This document shows, piece after piece, positions 16,469 to 26,361 of a stretch of DNA of 36,595 bases. Within the stretch, counting starts at the first letter, position 1, and the number at the start of each line of letters is the position of its first letter. A model generated the notes under the pieces. The model searched no databases and had not been told where the DNA came from. It saw nothing but the letters and a program-made list of their open reading frames with translations. Location: the NCBI GenBank assembly GCA_039186805.1, contig JBCCZW010000001.1, positions 1 through 36,595 on the forward strand. Direction: 5' to 3'. A program made the position numbers and the translations under genes. Origin of the DNA: Verrucomicrobiota bacterium (lineage in GTDB: Bacteria > Verrucomicrobiota > Verrucomicrobiia > Opitutales > Opitutaceae).

Positions 16469-19072
16469 TTGGCGGGACCGCTCGTCCTTTTCGGAAACGC
16501 AGAACCTTTGCCAACCGCGATCCCCGAATTTATCGAACAACACTGCATCGACTGCCATGACGACGTAGAGATGAAGGGCAACCTCGACCTTGATGCCCTG
16601 CTGTTCGAGCCACTTACTCCCGAAAACAGAGCAAGCTGGATAAATGTTTTCGATGCCGCGCAGTCTGACGAAATGCCCCCGGCCAAGAAGAAACGTCCTG
16701 ACAGCGAACACCTGCAGACTTTTTTGAATTCTCTTTCGGGTAGCATCAAAGCCTCTGAACACGAACGCCTGGAAACAAATGGTCGGGCTAGCAATAGACG
16801 CTTAAACCGCTATGAATTTGAAAATTCATTACGCGACCTACTCTCTCTGCCCAATCTAGAAATCAGAGATAACTTGCCTGAAGATGGTACCGCCCATGGA
16901 TTCAACAAACTCAATAAGGCCCTAGACATTTCGCATGTGCAAATGGCCCGCTTTATGGAATCCGCCGAGCAGGCACTTAATCAGGCTGTCATACCATCGG
17001 TCAAAGCGCCGCAAACGTTCAAAGAGAAGTACTATACCTGGCAACAACCAGGCTTCATCAAAATCGCGCCCCCAACGCTTCGATTGACTTTCCCCATTGT
17101 CGGCCTGGAGCTGCAACCTGACCTTATCGGCGGTCGCGACAGAGTCGCGGAACAGTGGATCATCCCAGATTTACCGGGCGCGTCAAAACCCGAGCGGGTC
17201 GAAGACGAAGCCGTGGTGATGCTTACGAGCACTTACGAGCCATCGGAAATACAATTCAACAAATTCCGAGCGGAAGTATCAGGACGTTATATATTACGTT
17301 TCTCCGGCTATACGGTTTGGATGAACAACGATTTTTCCGAGGTATCCAAGGGCCGTCGCAATGAACCAATAGCAATCTATGCCGACTCGCCCCCACGTAT
17401 ATTACGACCTTTGGGGAAATTCGACTTTGAACCCGACGCCACCGTACACAGTCTCGATGTTTGGCTAAAAGCGGGAGAAACGATTCGCCCCGACGCCACC
17501 CGATTGGTAAGGCCCAGAGGGACCTCCAAAAACCCGCTTCAAGAAGCCGACGGCATGCCAGGCGTCGCCTTCCAATGGATGGAAGTGGAAGGCCCGATTT
17601 TCGACCAATGGCCTACCGCGGGTCACAAACTGCTTTTTGCCGATTTACCGCTCACGGAGACCATCGATGATACCGTCGTCGAAGTGATCGAAAAAGCCGA
17701 TCCCGGCGACCCTGCCAACGACGCCGGTCAAGTCTTGCCCGAGCACCTAAACCGGAAGAAGAATATCATATCAGTATCCTCTCCAACTCCCCAAAAAGAT
17801 GCCGAGGCATTGCTGCGTCGCTTTATGGAAAGGGCCTACCGCAGACCGGTACAAGAGAGCGAAGTGCAGCCAATCCTTCAATTAGTAAAAGGCGCTTTAA
17901 AGAACAACCACAGCTTCAAAGCGGCTATGATTTCAGGCTATGTGGCCACTCTTGTCTCGCCGGGTTACCTCTATATAAAGCCTAATAGGGGAGAACTTGA
18001 TAGTCACTCCCTCGCAGAACGGCTTTCATTTTTCCTCTGGAATTCACCGCCCGACGCGCAGCTGCTCAAGCTCGCCTCCTCCGGCGACTTATTGGACCAC
18101 CAGACGTTGAATCAACAAGTAGATCGTTTGCTCGACGATCCTCGCTCGCGGCGATTTAGCGATAGCTTTCTCGACTACTGGCTGGACCTGCGTCATATGA
18201 ATGCATCGACTCCAGATGAAGAATTGTACCCCGATTATCAGCTCAATGATAACTTAATAGAATTAGCGCAAACGGAAACCCAACTGTACTTCTATCATCT
18301 GATCGAGAACAATCTCTCCGCCAAGAATCTGGTCGACTCCGATTTCCTTATAATTAATGAGCGCCTAGCTAAGCACTACGATATTCCCAATGTATCAGGG
18401 GTCCATTTTCGTAAGGTCCCATTGCCCGAAAACAATGCGCGAGGAGGACTCATGACCCAGGCCAGCGTTCTAAAAGTCACTGCTAACGGAACGCTCACCT
18501 CGCCTATATTAAGAGGAGCCTGGATCATGGAACGCATGCTGGGCTATCACGCGGCGCCCCCTCCTGTCGTTGAGGTCCCTGACCCTGATATTCGCGGCGC
18601 CACGACGATCAGAGAACAACTGGCCTTACACCGATCAGATACATCCTGTAACTCCTGTCACCAAAAGATCGATCCGGTCGGGTTCGCCTTAGAGAACTTC
18701 GACGTCATGGGAGCCTGGCGAGACTTCTACCGCAACACGGCAGATGGCGAGGGTCCGAAAGCCAAGGGAATCGGACATAACGGCAAACCCTTCCTCTTCC
18801 GCAAGGGCTTGCCGGTGGACGCTACAGGGAAATTATATAGAGGAGATTCCTTCTCAGATGTTCGCGACTTAAAAAAGATGCTCACCGAGAGGGACACGCA
18901 ACTCGCTGAGAATATCACCGAGCAACTATTGACCTACGCCACCGGCGCTCCCGTCCATTTCTCCGATCGCCAGAGCATAGCGAAAATATTACAGCGAAGC
19001 CGCGCGTCTGACTACGGACTCCGCGACCTCATCAAACATATCGTTAGTAGCGACTTATTCCTCAATAGATAA
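16469..19072 (+). CDS. DUF1592/DUF1588/DUF1585-family protein with two CxxCH heme-c motifs (cassette A); no recognisable signal peptide
   Basis: 867 aa. CIDCH at 16544-16558 and CNSCH at 18647-18661. Family blocks [72 protein letters not shown] and [16 protein letters not shown]. The only in-frame start after the upstream stop is TTG at 16469. Confidence 0.8.
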   Translation: MAGPLVLFGNAEPLPTAIPEFIEQHCIDCHDDVEMKGNLDLDALLFEPLTPENRASWINVFDAAQSDEMPPAKKKRPDSEHLQTFLNSLSGSIKASEHERLETNGRASNRRLNRYEFENSLRDLLSLPNLEIRDNLPEDGTAHGFNKLNKALDISHVQMARFMESAEQALNQAVIPSVKAPQTFKEKYYTWQQPGFIKIAPPTLRLTFPIVGLELQPDLIGGRDRVAEQWIIPDLPGASKPERVEDEAVVMLTSTYEPSEIQFNKFRAEVSGRYILRFSGYTVWMNNDFSEVSKGRRNEPIAIYADSPPRILRPLGKFDFEPDATVHSLDVWLKAGETIRPDATRLVRPRGTSKNPLQEADGMPGVAFQWMEVEGPIFDQWPTAGHKLLFADLPLTETIDDTVVEVIEKADPGDPANDAGQVLPEHLNRKKNIISVSSPTPQKDAEALLRRFMERAYRRPVQESEVQPILQLVKGALKNNHSFKAAMISGYVATLVSPGYLYIKPNRGELDSHSLAERLSFFLWNSPPDAQLLKLASSGDLLDHQTLNQQVDRLLDDPRSRRFSDSFLDYWLDLRHMNASTPDEELYPDYQLNDNLIELAQTETQLYFYHLIENNLSAKNLVDSDFLIINERLAKHYDIPNVSGVHFRKVPLPENNARGGLMTQASVLKVTANGTLTSPILRGAWIMERMLGYHAAPPPVVEVPDPDIRGATTIREQLALHRSDTSCNSCHQKIDPVGFALENFDVMGAWRDFYRNTADGEGPKAKGIGHNGKPFLFRKGLPVDATGKLYRGDSFSDVRDLKKMLTERDTQLAENITEQLLTYATGAPVHFSDRQSIAKILQRSRASDYGLRDLIKHIVSSDLFLNR

Positions 19073-19089
19073 AGACAGAGATTCTATAT

Positions 19090-20403
19090 ATGAAAAATTT
19101 TAACCTCAGATCAAAGAAGTCTCTATCGCGAAGAACCGTCCTAAAAGGACTCGGGGTCAGTATGGCGCTACCTCTCCTCGACGCCATGACTCCAGCGTTT
19201 GCCAAAGGGAAAGACGTAACCAAGAAGCCGCGACGCATGCTCGCTATCTGCAACAATTTGGGAGTGCTTCCACAGCATTTCTTCCCAGAAAATGCAGGGC
19301 CTGACTATAAGCTATCTCCTTACCTACAACAGCTATCCGCCCATAAAAACGACTTCACCGTGTTTAGCGGCGTCTCGCACCTCGGTGTAGATGGGGGGCA
19401 CCCAGCGGACAACTGTTTTTTGACAGCGGCTCCTCACCCTGGTTCTGGAAGCTTTAGGAATACCATATCCTTAGATCAGTTCATGGCTGAGAACATAGGA
19501 CACCACACGCGTATTCCTTCCTTAACTCTGGGCGTCAATGTCTACCAAGGTATTCGCGGCCTATCCTGGACCGCAGGCGGCGTTTTGATTCCCAGCGAGG
19601 AAAAAGCATCCCGAGTCTTCAGCCAGATGTTTCTAGAAGGCTCAGCCAAGGAAAAGCAAAACCAGGTACGCAAAATCGAGTTGGGACAAAGTATCCTCGA
19701 TACGGTTACAGGAATGGCCAAGAGCCTAGAAAGCGACTTGGGGGCGAGCGACAAGGAAAGCCTCGACCAGTACTTTACCAGCGTGCGCGACCTCGAAAAA
19801 CGCATGGCCGCGTCCAAAGAATGGGAATACAAAGAAAAGCCAAAGGTCTCCACGCCACCGCTGGTCGACTTCGAAGACACGCGGCTCTACATGGACAAGA
19901 CCAGACTCATGTACCAACTCTCAAGCCTGGCGATCCAGACGGATTCTACACGCGTGATCAGCCTGATGTTGGATAGTCTGAACTCCCCCGCCATCGAATT
20001 CGATGGTCAAGCGATCAGCGATGGCTACCACAGCCTCTCCCATCACGGCAAATCGGAAGCCAAGCTGGAGCAGCTTAAGCGGATTGATCTTTGTCATATG
20101 AAATTGCTGAATGGGCTCCTGTCCGACTTGAAAGATTTCAAAGAAGGCGGGCAGCCTTTGCTGGATAGCTCCATGGTTCTGTATGGTTCTAATCTGGGAG
20201 ATGCCCAAACCCACAAGAATACGAATCTACCAATAATCTTTGCGGGCGGCGGGTTCGAGCACGGCCAACACCTTGTCTTCGATACCGAACGCAACTACCC
20301 GCTCCCCAACCTCTACGTATCCATGCTCGAAAGAATGGGTATCGAAACCGACAAATTCGCCTCCTCCACCGGAACCATGCGAGGCCTCGAAATGGCCGGA
20401 TAA
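19090..20403 (+). CDS. DUF1552-family protein with a twin-arginine leader (cassette A)
   Basis: 437 aa. Leader [26 protein letters not shown] and the block [13 protein letters not shown]. It starts 17 nt after the upstream CxxCH gene. Confidence 0.8.
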   Translation: MKNFNLRSKKSLSRRTVLKGLGVSMALPLLDAMTPAFAKGKDVTKKPRRMLAICNNLGVLPQHFFPENAGPDYKLSPYLQQLSAHKNDFTVFSGVSHLGVDGGHPADNCFLTAAPHPGSGSFRNTISLDQFMAENIGHHTRIPSLTLGVNVYQGIRGLSWTAGGVLIPSEEKASRVFSQMFLEGSAKEKQNQVRKIELGQSILDTVTGMAKSLESDLGASDKESLDQYFTSVRDLEKRMAASKEWEYKEKPKVSTPPLVDFEDTRLYMDKTRLMYQLSSLAIQTDSTRVISLMLDSLNSPAIEFDGQAISDGYHSLSHHGKSEAKLEQLKRIDLCHMKLLNGLLSDLKDFKEGGQPLLDSSMVLYGSNLGDAQTHKNTNLPIIFAGGGFEHGQHLVFDTERNYPLPNLYVSMLERMGIETDKFASSTGTMRGLEMAG

Positions 20404-20477
20404 CGCCTGCCCAATGCACCCATTATCGTCTATCGATATGCAAATTATAGAATCCCTAAGATAACAAAGATTCATCT

Positions 20478-21809
20478 ATGAATTCGATAACAAGGACCTC
20501 ACTTACCCGCAGGTTTCTCCTTATAGGGAGCATACTTGCGCTCTCGATTAACGTCGCATACTCTTCGGGCAGCGGCAATAGCCAGAAATCATCTGAAGCC
20601 TGGCGACTAAAAGCGAACAAGCGAATTGATGAAATCCGCAAAAGCAACCTGTCGATCAAAGTCACCGACAAAGTGGGGAAGCCAGTCAAAGACGCGAAAG
20701 TACACGTAAAGCTGGATCGTCATAAGTTTCTCTGGGGAGCAGTAATCAATGAAGTGTGGCCTGTATCTCCTCACTTGGATACATACAAGGAAACCTTCCT
20801 ACGCTATTTCAACGCTTCCGGGTTCCGCCTCGCCCTAAAGCCGAAATGGGTCGGCCACGCCAACGAACAAAGGGCTGAGCAAATGTGGCCATGGTTCATG
20901 GAAAACGATATCTACATGCGAGGGCACCTCCTCGTTTGGGACGATCCCAAGTGGTGGCCCGGAGACATGAGAGAGGTATATAATAACAATTCCCTTCCCG
21001 ACAAAGTGAAAGGGGAGCAGCTATTGCGGATGGCTGAACGACACATCCACTACGCCTTGCCGAAGTGGGACGTCGAATGCTGGGACGTGATGAACGAGCC
21101 GCTGTCCAATTTCGCCATTCACAACCTCGTCGAAGGCCACAGCTTCACCCACTGGTTCAAACTCGCTGATGAAGTTCGCAAAAAGCATGGTCGGGAGGAC
21201 GTCAAGCTCTACATCAATGAGTTCCAAGTTCTGTCCGCGATACTGAAGCATGCCCAAAATCGACCTGCCAGATACAGAGCGATAATCGATCAGATGCTTT
21301 CCGAAGGAGCGCCGATCGAAGGCATTGGCTTCCAAGCCCGCATCCACTCCGGCTACCTGTCGCCAGAAACTGTATACGATCGCCTGCAAAACTTTGAGCG
21401 CTACGACCTCCCGCTGCATATTACCGAATTCGAGGTTCGCAACAAACCCGCCAAAACCTATACCGACGAAGAAAAGGTGCAAATCGTCAACGAGATGATG
21501 ACCATCTACTTCAGTCACCCGTCGGTCGAAGGCATGTGGCACTGGACCTTTTCGGACCTGCCGAACGGCAGAGAGCCTTTCGCTCTTTTCCAATACGATG
21601 GCACCCCCTTCCCTTGCGGAGTGGAATGGATGCGCACGATGGACGAAGAATTTAATACGGACCTGATCGCGACCACGAAATCCAACGGCAAAACGACTGC
21701 TCGCGGCTTCAAGGGCGAATACACGATCACTGCTTCCTACGGTTCAAAAACCAAGAGCATTTCAGCCACCCTAGATGAAGACGCCCAATTGACTATCGCA
21801 TTCGATTAA
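20478..21809 (+). CDS. GH10-like glycoside hydrolase (xylanase fold), secreted
   Basis: Signal-like N-terminus. The full ordered set of GH10 hallmark blocks is present: MRGHLLVW, WDVMNEP (acid/base Glu codon 21096-21098), LYINEF, GIGFQARIH, LHITEFEV (nucleophile Glu codon 21426-21428). Confidence 0.8.
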   Translation: MNSITRTSLTRRFLLIGSILALSINVAYSSGSGNSQKSSEAWRLKANKRIDEIRKSNLSIKVTDKVGKPVKDAKVHVKLDRHKFLWGAVINEVWPVSPHLDTYKETFLRYFNASGFRLALKPKWVGHANEQRAEQMWPWFMENDIYMRGHLLVWDDPKWWPGDMREVYNNNSLPDKVKGEQLLRMAERHIHYALPKWDVECWDVMNEPLSNFAIHNLVEGHSFTHWFKLADEVRKKHGREDVKLYINEFQVLSAILKHAQNRPARYRAIIDQMLSEGAPIEGIGFQARIHSGYLSPETVYDRLQNFERYDLPLHITEFEVRNKPAKTYTDEEKVQIVNEMMTIYFSHPSVEGMWHWTFSDLPNGREPFALFQYDGTPFPCGVEWMRTMDEEFNTDLIATTKSNGKTTARGFKGEYTITASYGSKTKSISATLDEDAQLTIAFD

Positions 21810-21857
21810 GATCGAGAATAAATGCTCCTACTCCCACCAGTTCAATGCTACCGTTGC

Positions 21858-22019
21858 CTCTCCCTCTTCGCCAGGTCTACTGGCTCGGCCCTCGATACGG
21901 ATTCCCTGCGGACTGAGCTTCCAAGCCTCTACGTATCCATACAGCCAAGACCCGTCGCAGAAGTCGACAAATTCGCAATCCCGACAGGAACCACGCGCAG
22001 CCTAGAAACGGCCAACTGA
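21858..22019 (+). pseudogene. relic of the 3' end of a DUF1552 gene (about the last 50 codons only)
   Basis: The translation LSLFARSTGSALDTDSLRTELPSLYVSIQPRPVAEVDKFAIPTGTTRSLETAN* aligns with the cassette A C-terminus [56 protein letters not shown], including the position of the stop. Shared nucleotide strings include CCTCTACGTATCCAT and GACAAATTCGC. The N-terminal ~85% of the gene is missing. Confidence 0.7.
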
Positions 22020-22045
22020 AAACCAAGCAACTTCAATTTCCAAAC

Positions 22046-22095
22046 TGTAGACGCGGTCGTTGACCGCGTATTCTAATCGACGATCGCGTCTACAA
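22046..22095. repeat. REP-like palindromic intergenic element, copy 2 (nested inverted repeats)
   Basis: TGTAGACGCG (22046-22055) is the exact reverse complement of CGCGTCTACA (22085-22094). There is an inner hairpin ACGCGGTC-GTT-GACCGCGT (22051-22069). It shares the 14-mer GATCGCGTCTACAA with 7751-7764. Confidence 0.5.
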
Positions 22096-22189
22096 GCAAA
22101 TTTCCAATTTAACTCGTCAGAGGTTCTCCAAGCGGAACCCAGCATCAGCATACGACCCTCTTTTGTCTGCCATAGGGTCGAATCTCAGT

Positions 22190-24439
22190 ATGAGAATATT
22201 AACTACATCTTTCATCCTCATTGCACCGTGGCTCTTCGGCCTCCCCACTTTGGCCGCTTCCCTGGCTCACCTCGACCCCTACGGCGGGCACAAGTCAAAG
22301 GGCTTCGACCTCGAAAATCCCGGCTTTTTCCGCACGCGCTTCGAAGACGGACAATGGTGGCTCGTCACTCCTGAAAACAATGCCTTCCTTTCCTTTGGCC
22401 TCAATCACTTCCACTCCAACCTTTGGGTAAAGGACTACAATAAGGAGCACTGGGAAAAGGAATTCGGCGGTAATGCCTGGTCGCCCAAATGGAGGGAGGC
22501 CTTCTATAAGCACGCTCGCGAGGTCGTCACTGCCTCGGGAGCCAACACCATGGCCTACCACAATGAAGATGGAATCCTTCTAGAACGTGATCCGCTGCTT
22601 CCCTACATAAGGCAGTACATCCCCGTAAAAATTTCCCTCCACCTCAACGCCAAGGCTAAAGACTACGTGGATGTCTTTTCTCCGAATTTCGAAGAAATCT
22701 GCGCCAAGGCCGCTCAAGAGCAAGTCGCCCCCTACGTCGACGATCCTATGATCATCGGCTTCGCCATGGCCGACATTCCCGTCCACACGGAAGGCTGGGC
22801 CAAGCCGATGCAAGGACGCGGTATCCCCACTTGGGCGATGGCTCTCAGAAACCTACCCGCGTCTTCCGCTGGCAAACAGAAGTACATCGAGGTTATGAAA
22901 TCTCGGTATTCAAAAATCAAAGACTTCAATCGGACCTACAGTACGAAGTTCTCCAGCTGGACGGATCTCGCCAAAGCCCAAAACTGGCGAGAACGCACCG
23001 ATTTCGAAAACGAAAAGGAGATCGCCGACAACAACGCCTTCAACAAGCTCGCCATGGCGAAGTACTACGAAGTCGCCTCCAGAGCATTCCGAGCCGTCAA
23101 CCCCAACCACCTCTTCCTAGGCGACAAGCTCAATGGCAACATGCGCCAAATCGAGGAACTGGAACTCACCATCGACGTCGCCAAAGACTACGTGGACGCG
23201 ATCCTTTTCCAATTTTACGGCAAAGACGGTTATCAAGATCATATCCAAAATCGCATCGCCACTATTTCCAAGCTTCCAATCATCAACGGCGACGGAGGAT
23301 TCGGAGCCTTTGGCGATCCCAAAATGCCCGTCCCGCAGCATCCACAGGCCAAGGATCAAGCTGAAAGAGCGCAATGGATGTATGAATACGCCGCGCGCGC
23401 GTTCAAGCATCCTAACTTCGTCGGCTGGCACATCTGCGGCGTTATCGACTCTTGGCAAACCGCTCCGCATGGCACTCAAAAGCCCGGCGTTATGAATCCG
23501 CTCGGCAAGTTCCATACCGAGGTGACCGGCATGCTCCAATCCATCGGCTCCAACCTCTACAGCTTCCGAGGCGTCGCAACTCCCACCGTTTCAGACAACG
23601 CTCCCCCTCACGGTTTCCGCAGCCTATTCGACGGCGGCACTCTCAACGGCTGGAAGCCTATGCCTCGCCTCCCCGTTCCCAGATACCCAGGAGCTCCCTT
23701 CAACATCGACCCCAACAGTCCCAGGATGCAGAAAGCTCGCCAGAACACAGGCAAGTGGACGGTCGTCGACGGCGCCATCGTCGGCGAACAAGATCCTCCG
23801 GCGAGCGGCGTCGGCGCCTATCTCGTGTCTGAAGAAACCTTCGGCGACTTCGAACTTACGATCGATATGAAGCCCGACTGGAGAACCGACACCGGCTTCC
23901 TGATCCGCACTCTCCCCGGTGGCAGTCCTGGTCTGCAAATCCTCTGCGACTTCCGTCCCCAAGGGGGGATCGGCGGTTTCTACGGCAATGGCCTCGCGGG
24001 CATTCACGGCATGTCGTTCGCGATCGATGCGGAAGTCGACGAGAACAGCGTACCGATTCGCGTGATATCTGCCGATCCAAACAAGGGTCGACCCGAACTC
24101 AGAGAAGAAACGCGTTCGCTTCTCAAGTACGCAGCGAGCGTAGAGGATTTCCTAAAAGTATGGAAGGTTGGCGAATTCAATACCCTCAAAGTACGCTGCG
24201 AAGGACGTATCCCCACCGTCACTACGTGGGTCAATGGGTTAAAAGTCGCCGTAATCGATTTGGCCGAGATTGAGTGGGAAAACTACGACGCGGAAGCCAT
24301 CGCTGAAATGACGAATGGCAGAGGACATATCTCCCTGGAAGTCCACAATAATGGACGCAACGACACGCAAGGCCAAGAACGCTGGTGGCCCGGCGCTCAA
24401 GTCCGTTGGAAAAACATCTACATCCGCGAACTCGACTAG
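22190..24439 (+). CDS. P3: unassigned glycosidase-like domain fused to a C-terminal DUF1080 (3-keto-disaccharide hydrolase-like, jelly-roll) domain
   Basis: ATG at 22190 gives the signal peptide MRILTTSFILIAPWLFGLPTLAAS; the ORF track begins at TTG 22163. N-terminal blocks are WWLVTPENNAFLSFGLNH, DDPMIIGFAMADIP, NHLFLGDK, VDAILFQFY, LPIINGDGG and GWHICG. The C-terminal part from ~23609 has DUF1080 hallmarks FRSLFDGGTLNGWKPM, GKWTVVDGAIVG, FGDFELTIDMK and GHISLEVHNNG...VRWKNIYIREL. Confidence 0.8.
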   Translation: MRILTTSFILIAPWLFGLPTLAASLAHLDPYGGHKSKGFDLENPGFFRTRFEDGQWWLVTPENNAFLSFGLNHFHSNLWVKDYNKEHWEKEFGGNAWSPKWREAFYKHAREVVTASGANTMAYHNEDGILLERDPLLPYIRQYIPVKISLHLNAKAKDYVDVFSPNFEEICAKAAQEQVAPYVDDPMIIGFAMADIPVHTEGWAKPMQGRGIPTWAMALRNLPASSAGKQKYIEVMKSRYSKIKDFNRTYSTKFSSWTDLAKAQNWRERTDFENEKEIADNNAFNKLAMAKYYEVASRAFRAVNPNHLFLGDKLNGNMRQIEELELTIDVAKDYVDAILFQFYGKDGYQDHIQNRIATISKLPIINGDGGFGAFGDPKMPVPQHPQAKDQAERAQWMYEYAARAFKHPNFVGWHICGVIDSWQTAPHGTQKPGVMNPLGKFHTEVTGMLQSIGSNLYSFRGVATPTVSDNAPPHGFRSLFDGGTLNGWKPMPRLPVPRYPGAPFNIDPNSPRMQKARQNTGKWTVVDGAIVGEQDPPASGVGAYLVSEETFGDFELTIDMKPDWRTDTGFLIRTLPGGSPGLQILCDFRPQGGIGGFYGNGLAGIHGMSFAIDAEVDENSVPIRVISADPNKGRPELREETRSLLKYAASVEDFLKVWKVGEFNTLKVRCEGRIPTVTTWVNGLKVAVIDLAEIEWENYDAEAIAEMTNGRGHISLEVHNNGRNDTQGQERWWPGAQVRWKNIYIRELD

Positions 24440-24535
24440 CGCAATGGAAACGTTCCCGAAGAATCGAAGAAATGCAGTAGCGAGGACCGCTTCGGTCCCT
24501 CATCTAATTTCGTATCCGCTTATCAGATACATCAA

Positions 24536-26053
24536 ATGAAAGATTACTTTAACCCGCTTTTCAGTATCGCAAAGCTAAGCTTGGCGACACTACTTGGCTC
24601 AGCCGCCATTAATGCTCAATCCGGAGAGCTCGATCAGTATGGCGGCTTCATGGATATTAAGGGCGAGAAAACCGGTTTCTTCCACACCGAAAAGATTGAC
24701 GGTCGCTGGTGGTTGGTGACTCCCGAAGGCAATGCCTTCTGGGGAATCGGCATGAGTCACCCCGTAACGGGCTGGACCGAGGGCGCAGTCACTTTCGTAT
24801 ACAACGGCGATCAAGAGGCCTGGTTTAAGGATACCGTAAAGAGGATGAAGGACCTGGGCTACAACTGCGTGTGGAGCGGCCCCTACTGTCCCGAACGAGC
24901 CCGCTCAGGCTTTATAGACAAGCGATTGGCGGAAAAAGTATTCAAGGATGCCGAGATCCCGTATGGCTACCCCGTGGCTCTCATCAAGCACGCGGTCGAA
25001 CTCGAACCGGGAGAAAAACGACCTGATGTATTCAGTAATGAATACAAGAAGTTCGTGCAAGGCGAAGTCGAACAGCATGTGATTCCCAATAAGGATGATC
25101 CCTGGATAATCGGATATTACTACGGCTTCGGTTCTTTCGACCGCGACTGGTTGTGGATCAATGACCATCTGGAGAAAAAAGGCAGCCCCGGCCGCGCGCG
25201 GCTGATGTCCGTACTCGAAGATCGCTATAATGGAAACATCAGCAAATTGAACCAGGTCTACGGAACTGCCTTCGAATCCTTCCGAGCCCTGAAAAACGAA
25301 GGTATGATCTCCTATCCTAATTGGGTCACCTTGAGCAAGGCGGGGCGCGCCAAGATTCCCAATACGCCCGAAGGGCAACGTATCTTTGAGGACGCTGAAG
25401 CCTTGCTAGGCGAAATCGTAGAAAAAGTCCATGCCTTGGCCTTCACTGAAATTCGCAAGCACGACACCAATCACATGATTCTTGGCTGCTATGTGAAAGA
25501 GGCAACCTATACGGAGAAGATCTGGCGTAGGATCGATCCCTACATCGACGTTTTAGCGCCGCAACATGTGAGCGAAGTCTTTCCAATTGGTCCCATCGTG
25601 GAAGCCCTCGATAAGCCCGCTATCATTAGCGACCAACCCTACGGCAACGTCTACAATAATCACAATCTTGTCCAGCGCGGCGCCCATGGCCCGGTCCCCG
25701 ACCACGTCGATCGGCACTTGCTCTACGACCTTTTAACTGAACGCATATCCGTAGATCCCGACGTGACCGGCGCCAATATGTGCGCTTGCCTATTCGACCA
25801 ATCCCATTGGGAGAAAGCCTACGAAAGGGGTCAGCCCGGCTTTTGGACCGTCGACGGCGAACCCAGACCCCACCTCATAAGGACCGTTCAACGCTCAAAC
25901 TCGCTCCTTTTTGAAAGAGTCAAAAAAAGTCACGATGAAGAGACGGTCCAAAACCTGGATGAGAAATTCCATCATATCCTGAGCCTCTACCGCGAAGTCA
26001 TGGACCATCGAAAGGAGTTCCTAAGAAGAGTACCCGCCATCGTCTATCCATGA
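24536..26053 (+). CDS. P4: divergent secreted member of the unassigned glycosidase-like family
   Basis: 505 aa with a signal-like N-terminus. Blocks RWWLVTPEGNAFWGIGMSH, DLGYNCVW, DDPWIIGYYYGFGSFD, NHMILGCY, IDVLAPQHV, KPAIISDQP and GANMCAC. Confidence 0.75.
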   Translation: MKDYFNPLFSIAKLSLATLLGSAAINAQSGELDQYGGFMDIKGEKTGFFHTEKIDGRWWLVTPEGNAFWGIGMSHPVTGWTEGAVTFVYNGDQEAWFKDTVKRMKDLGYNCVWSGPYCPERARSGFIDKRLAEKVFKDAEIPYGYPVALIKHAVELEPGEKRPDVFSNEYKKFVQGEVEQHVIPNKDDPWIIGYYYGFGSFDRDWLWINDHLEKKGSPGRARLMSVLEDRYNGNISKLNQVYGTAFESFRALKNEGMISYPNWVTLSKAGRAKIPNTPEGQRIFEDAEALLGEIVEKVHALAFTEIRKHDTNHMILGCYVKEATYTEKIWRRIDPYIDVLAPQHVSEVFPIGPIVEALDKPAIISDQPYGNVYNNHNLVQRGAHGPVPDHVDRHLLYDLLTERISVDPDVTGANMCACLFDQSHWEKAYERGQPGFWTVDGEPRPHLIRTVQRSNSLLFERVKKSHDEETVQNLDEKFHHILSLYREVMDHRKEFLRRVPAIVYP

Positions 26054-26361
26054 ATACGATTAAGCCCGGTGAACGCCCCCTTTCAATTGAGGGTGCTCAG
26101 GGGCTCTCCAGAGCTTCCCTTTTTGGACAATTCCAATCTCTCAACCCGGCGCATCAGACAGAAGGCTTTGTGAGAGCAATCTTACCATCGTTCCCACCTA
26201 GTACCCATCATCAAGAAATGCGGCCTTAGTAAAAAGAACCAACTATGTCCAAAGATCCCTCCAGATTAGCATGATCATGTCATGGCACAGTTTCGCCCCT
26301 TGCAATATTGCATACAGACATCCGGTCCCGGCCCGTAGATCGCCGGAGATAGATTCCAAAC

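Noticed and set aside
21021-21593. 190-aa minus-strand ORF
   Set aside because: It is antisense to the GH10-like gene, which has all its family signatures in the sense frame.
22163-22189. TTG start of P3 as given in the ORF track
   Set aside because: ATG 22190 immediately precedes a canonical signal peptide. The nine extra codons add nothing recognisable. The true start remains unverified.
24482-24499. Hairpin GGACC-GCTTC-GGTCC after the P3 stop, considered as a terminator
   Set aside because: It has only a 5-bp perfect stem with a bulged extension, too weak to call with confidence.
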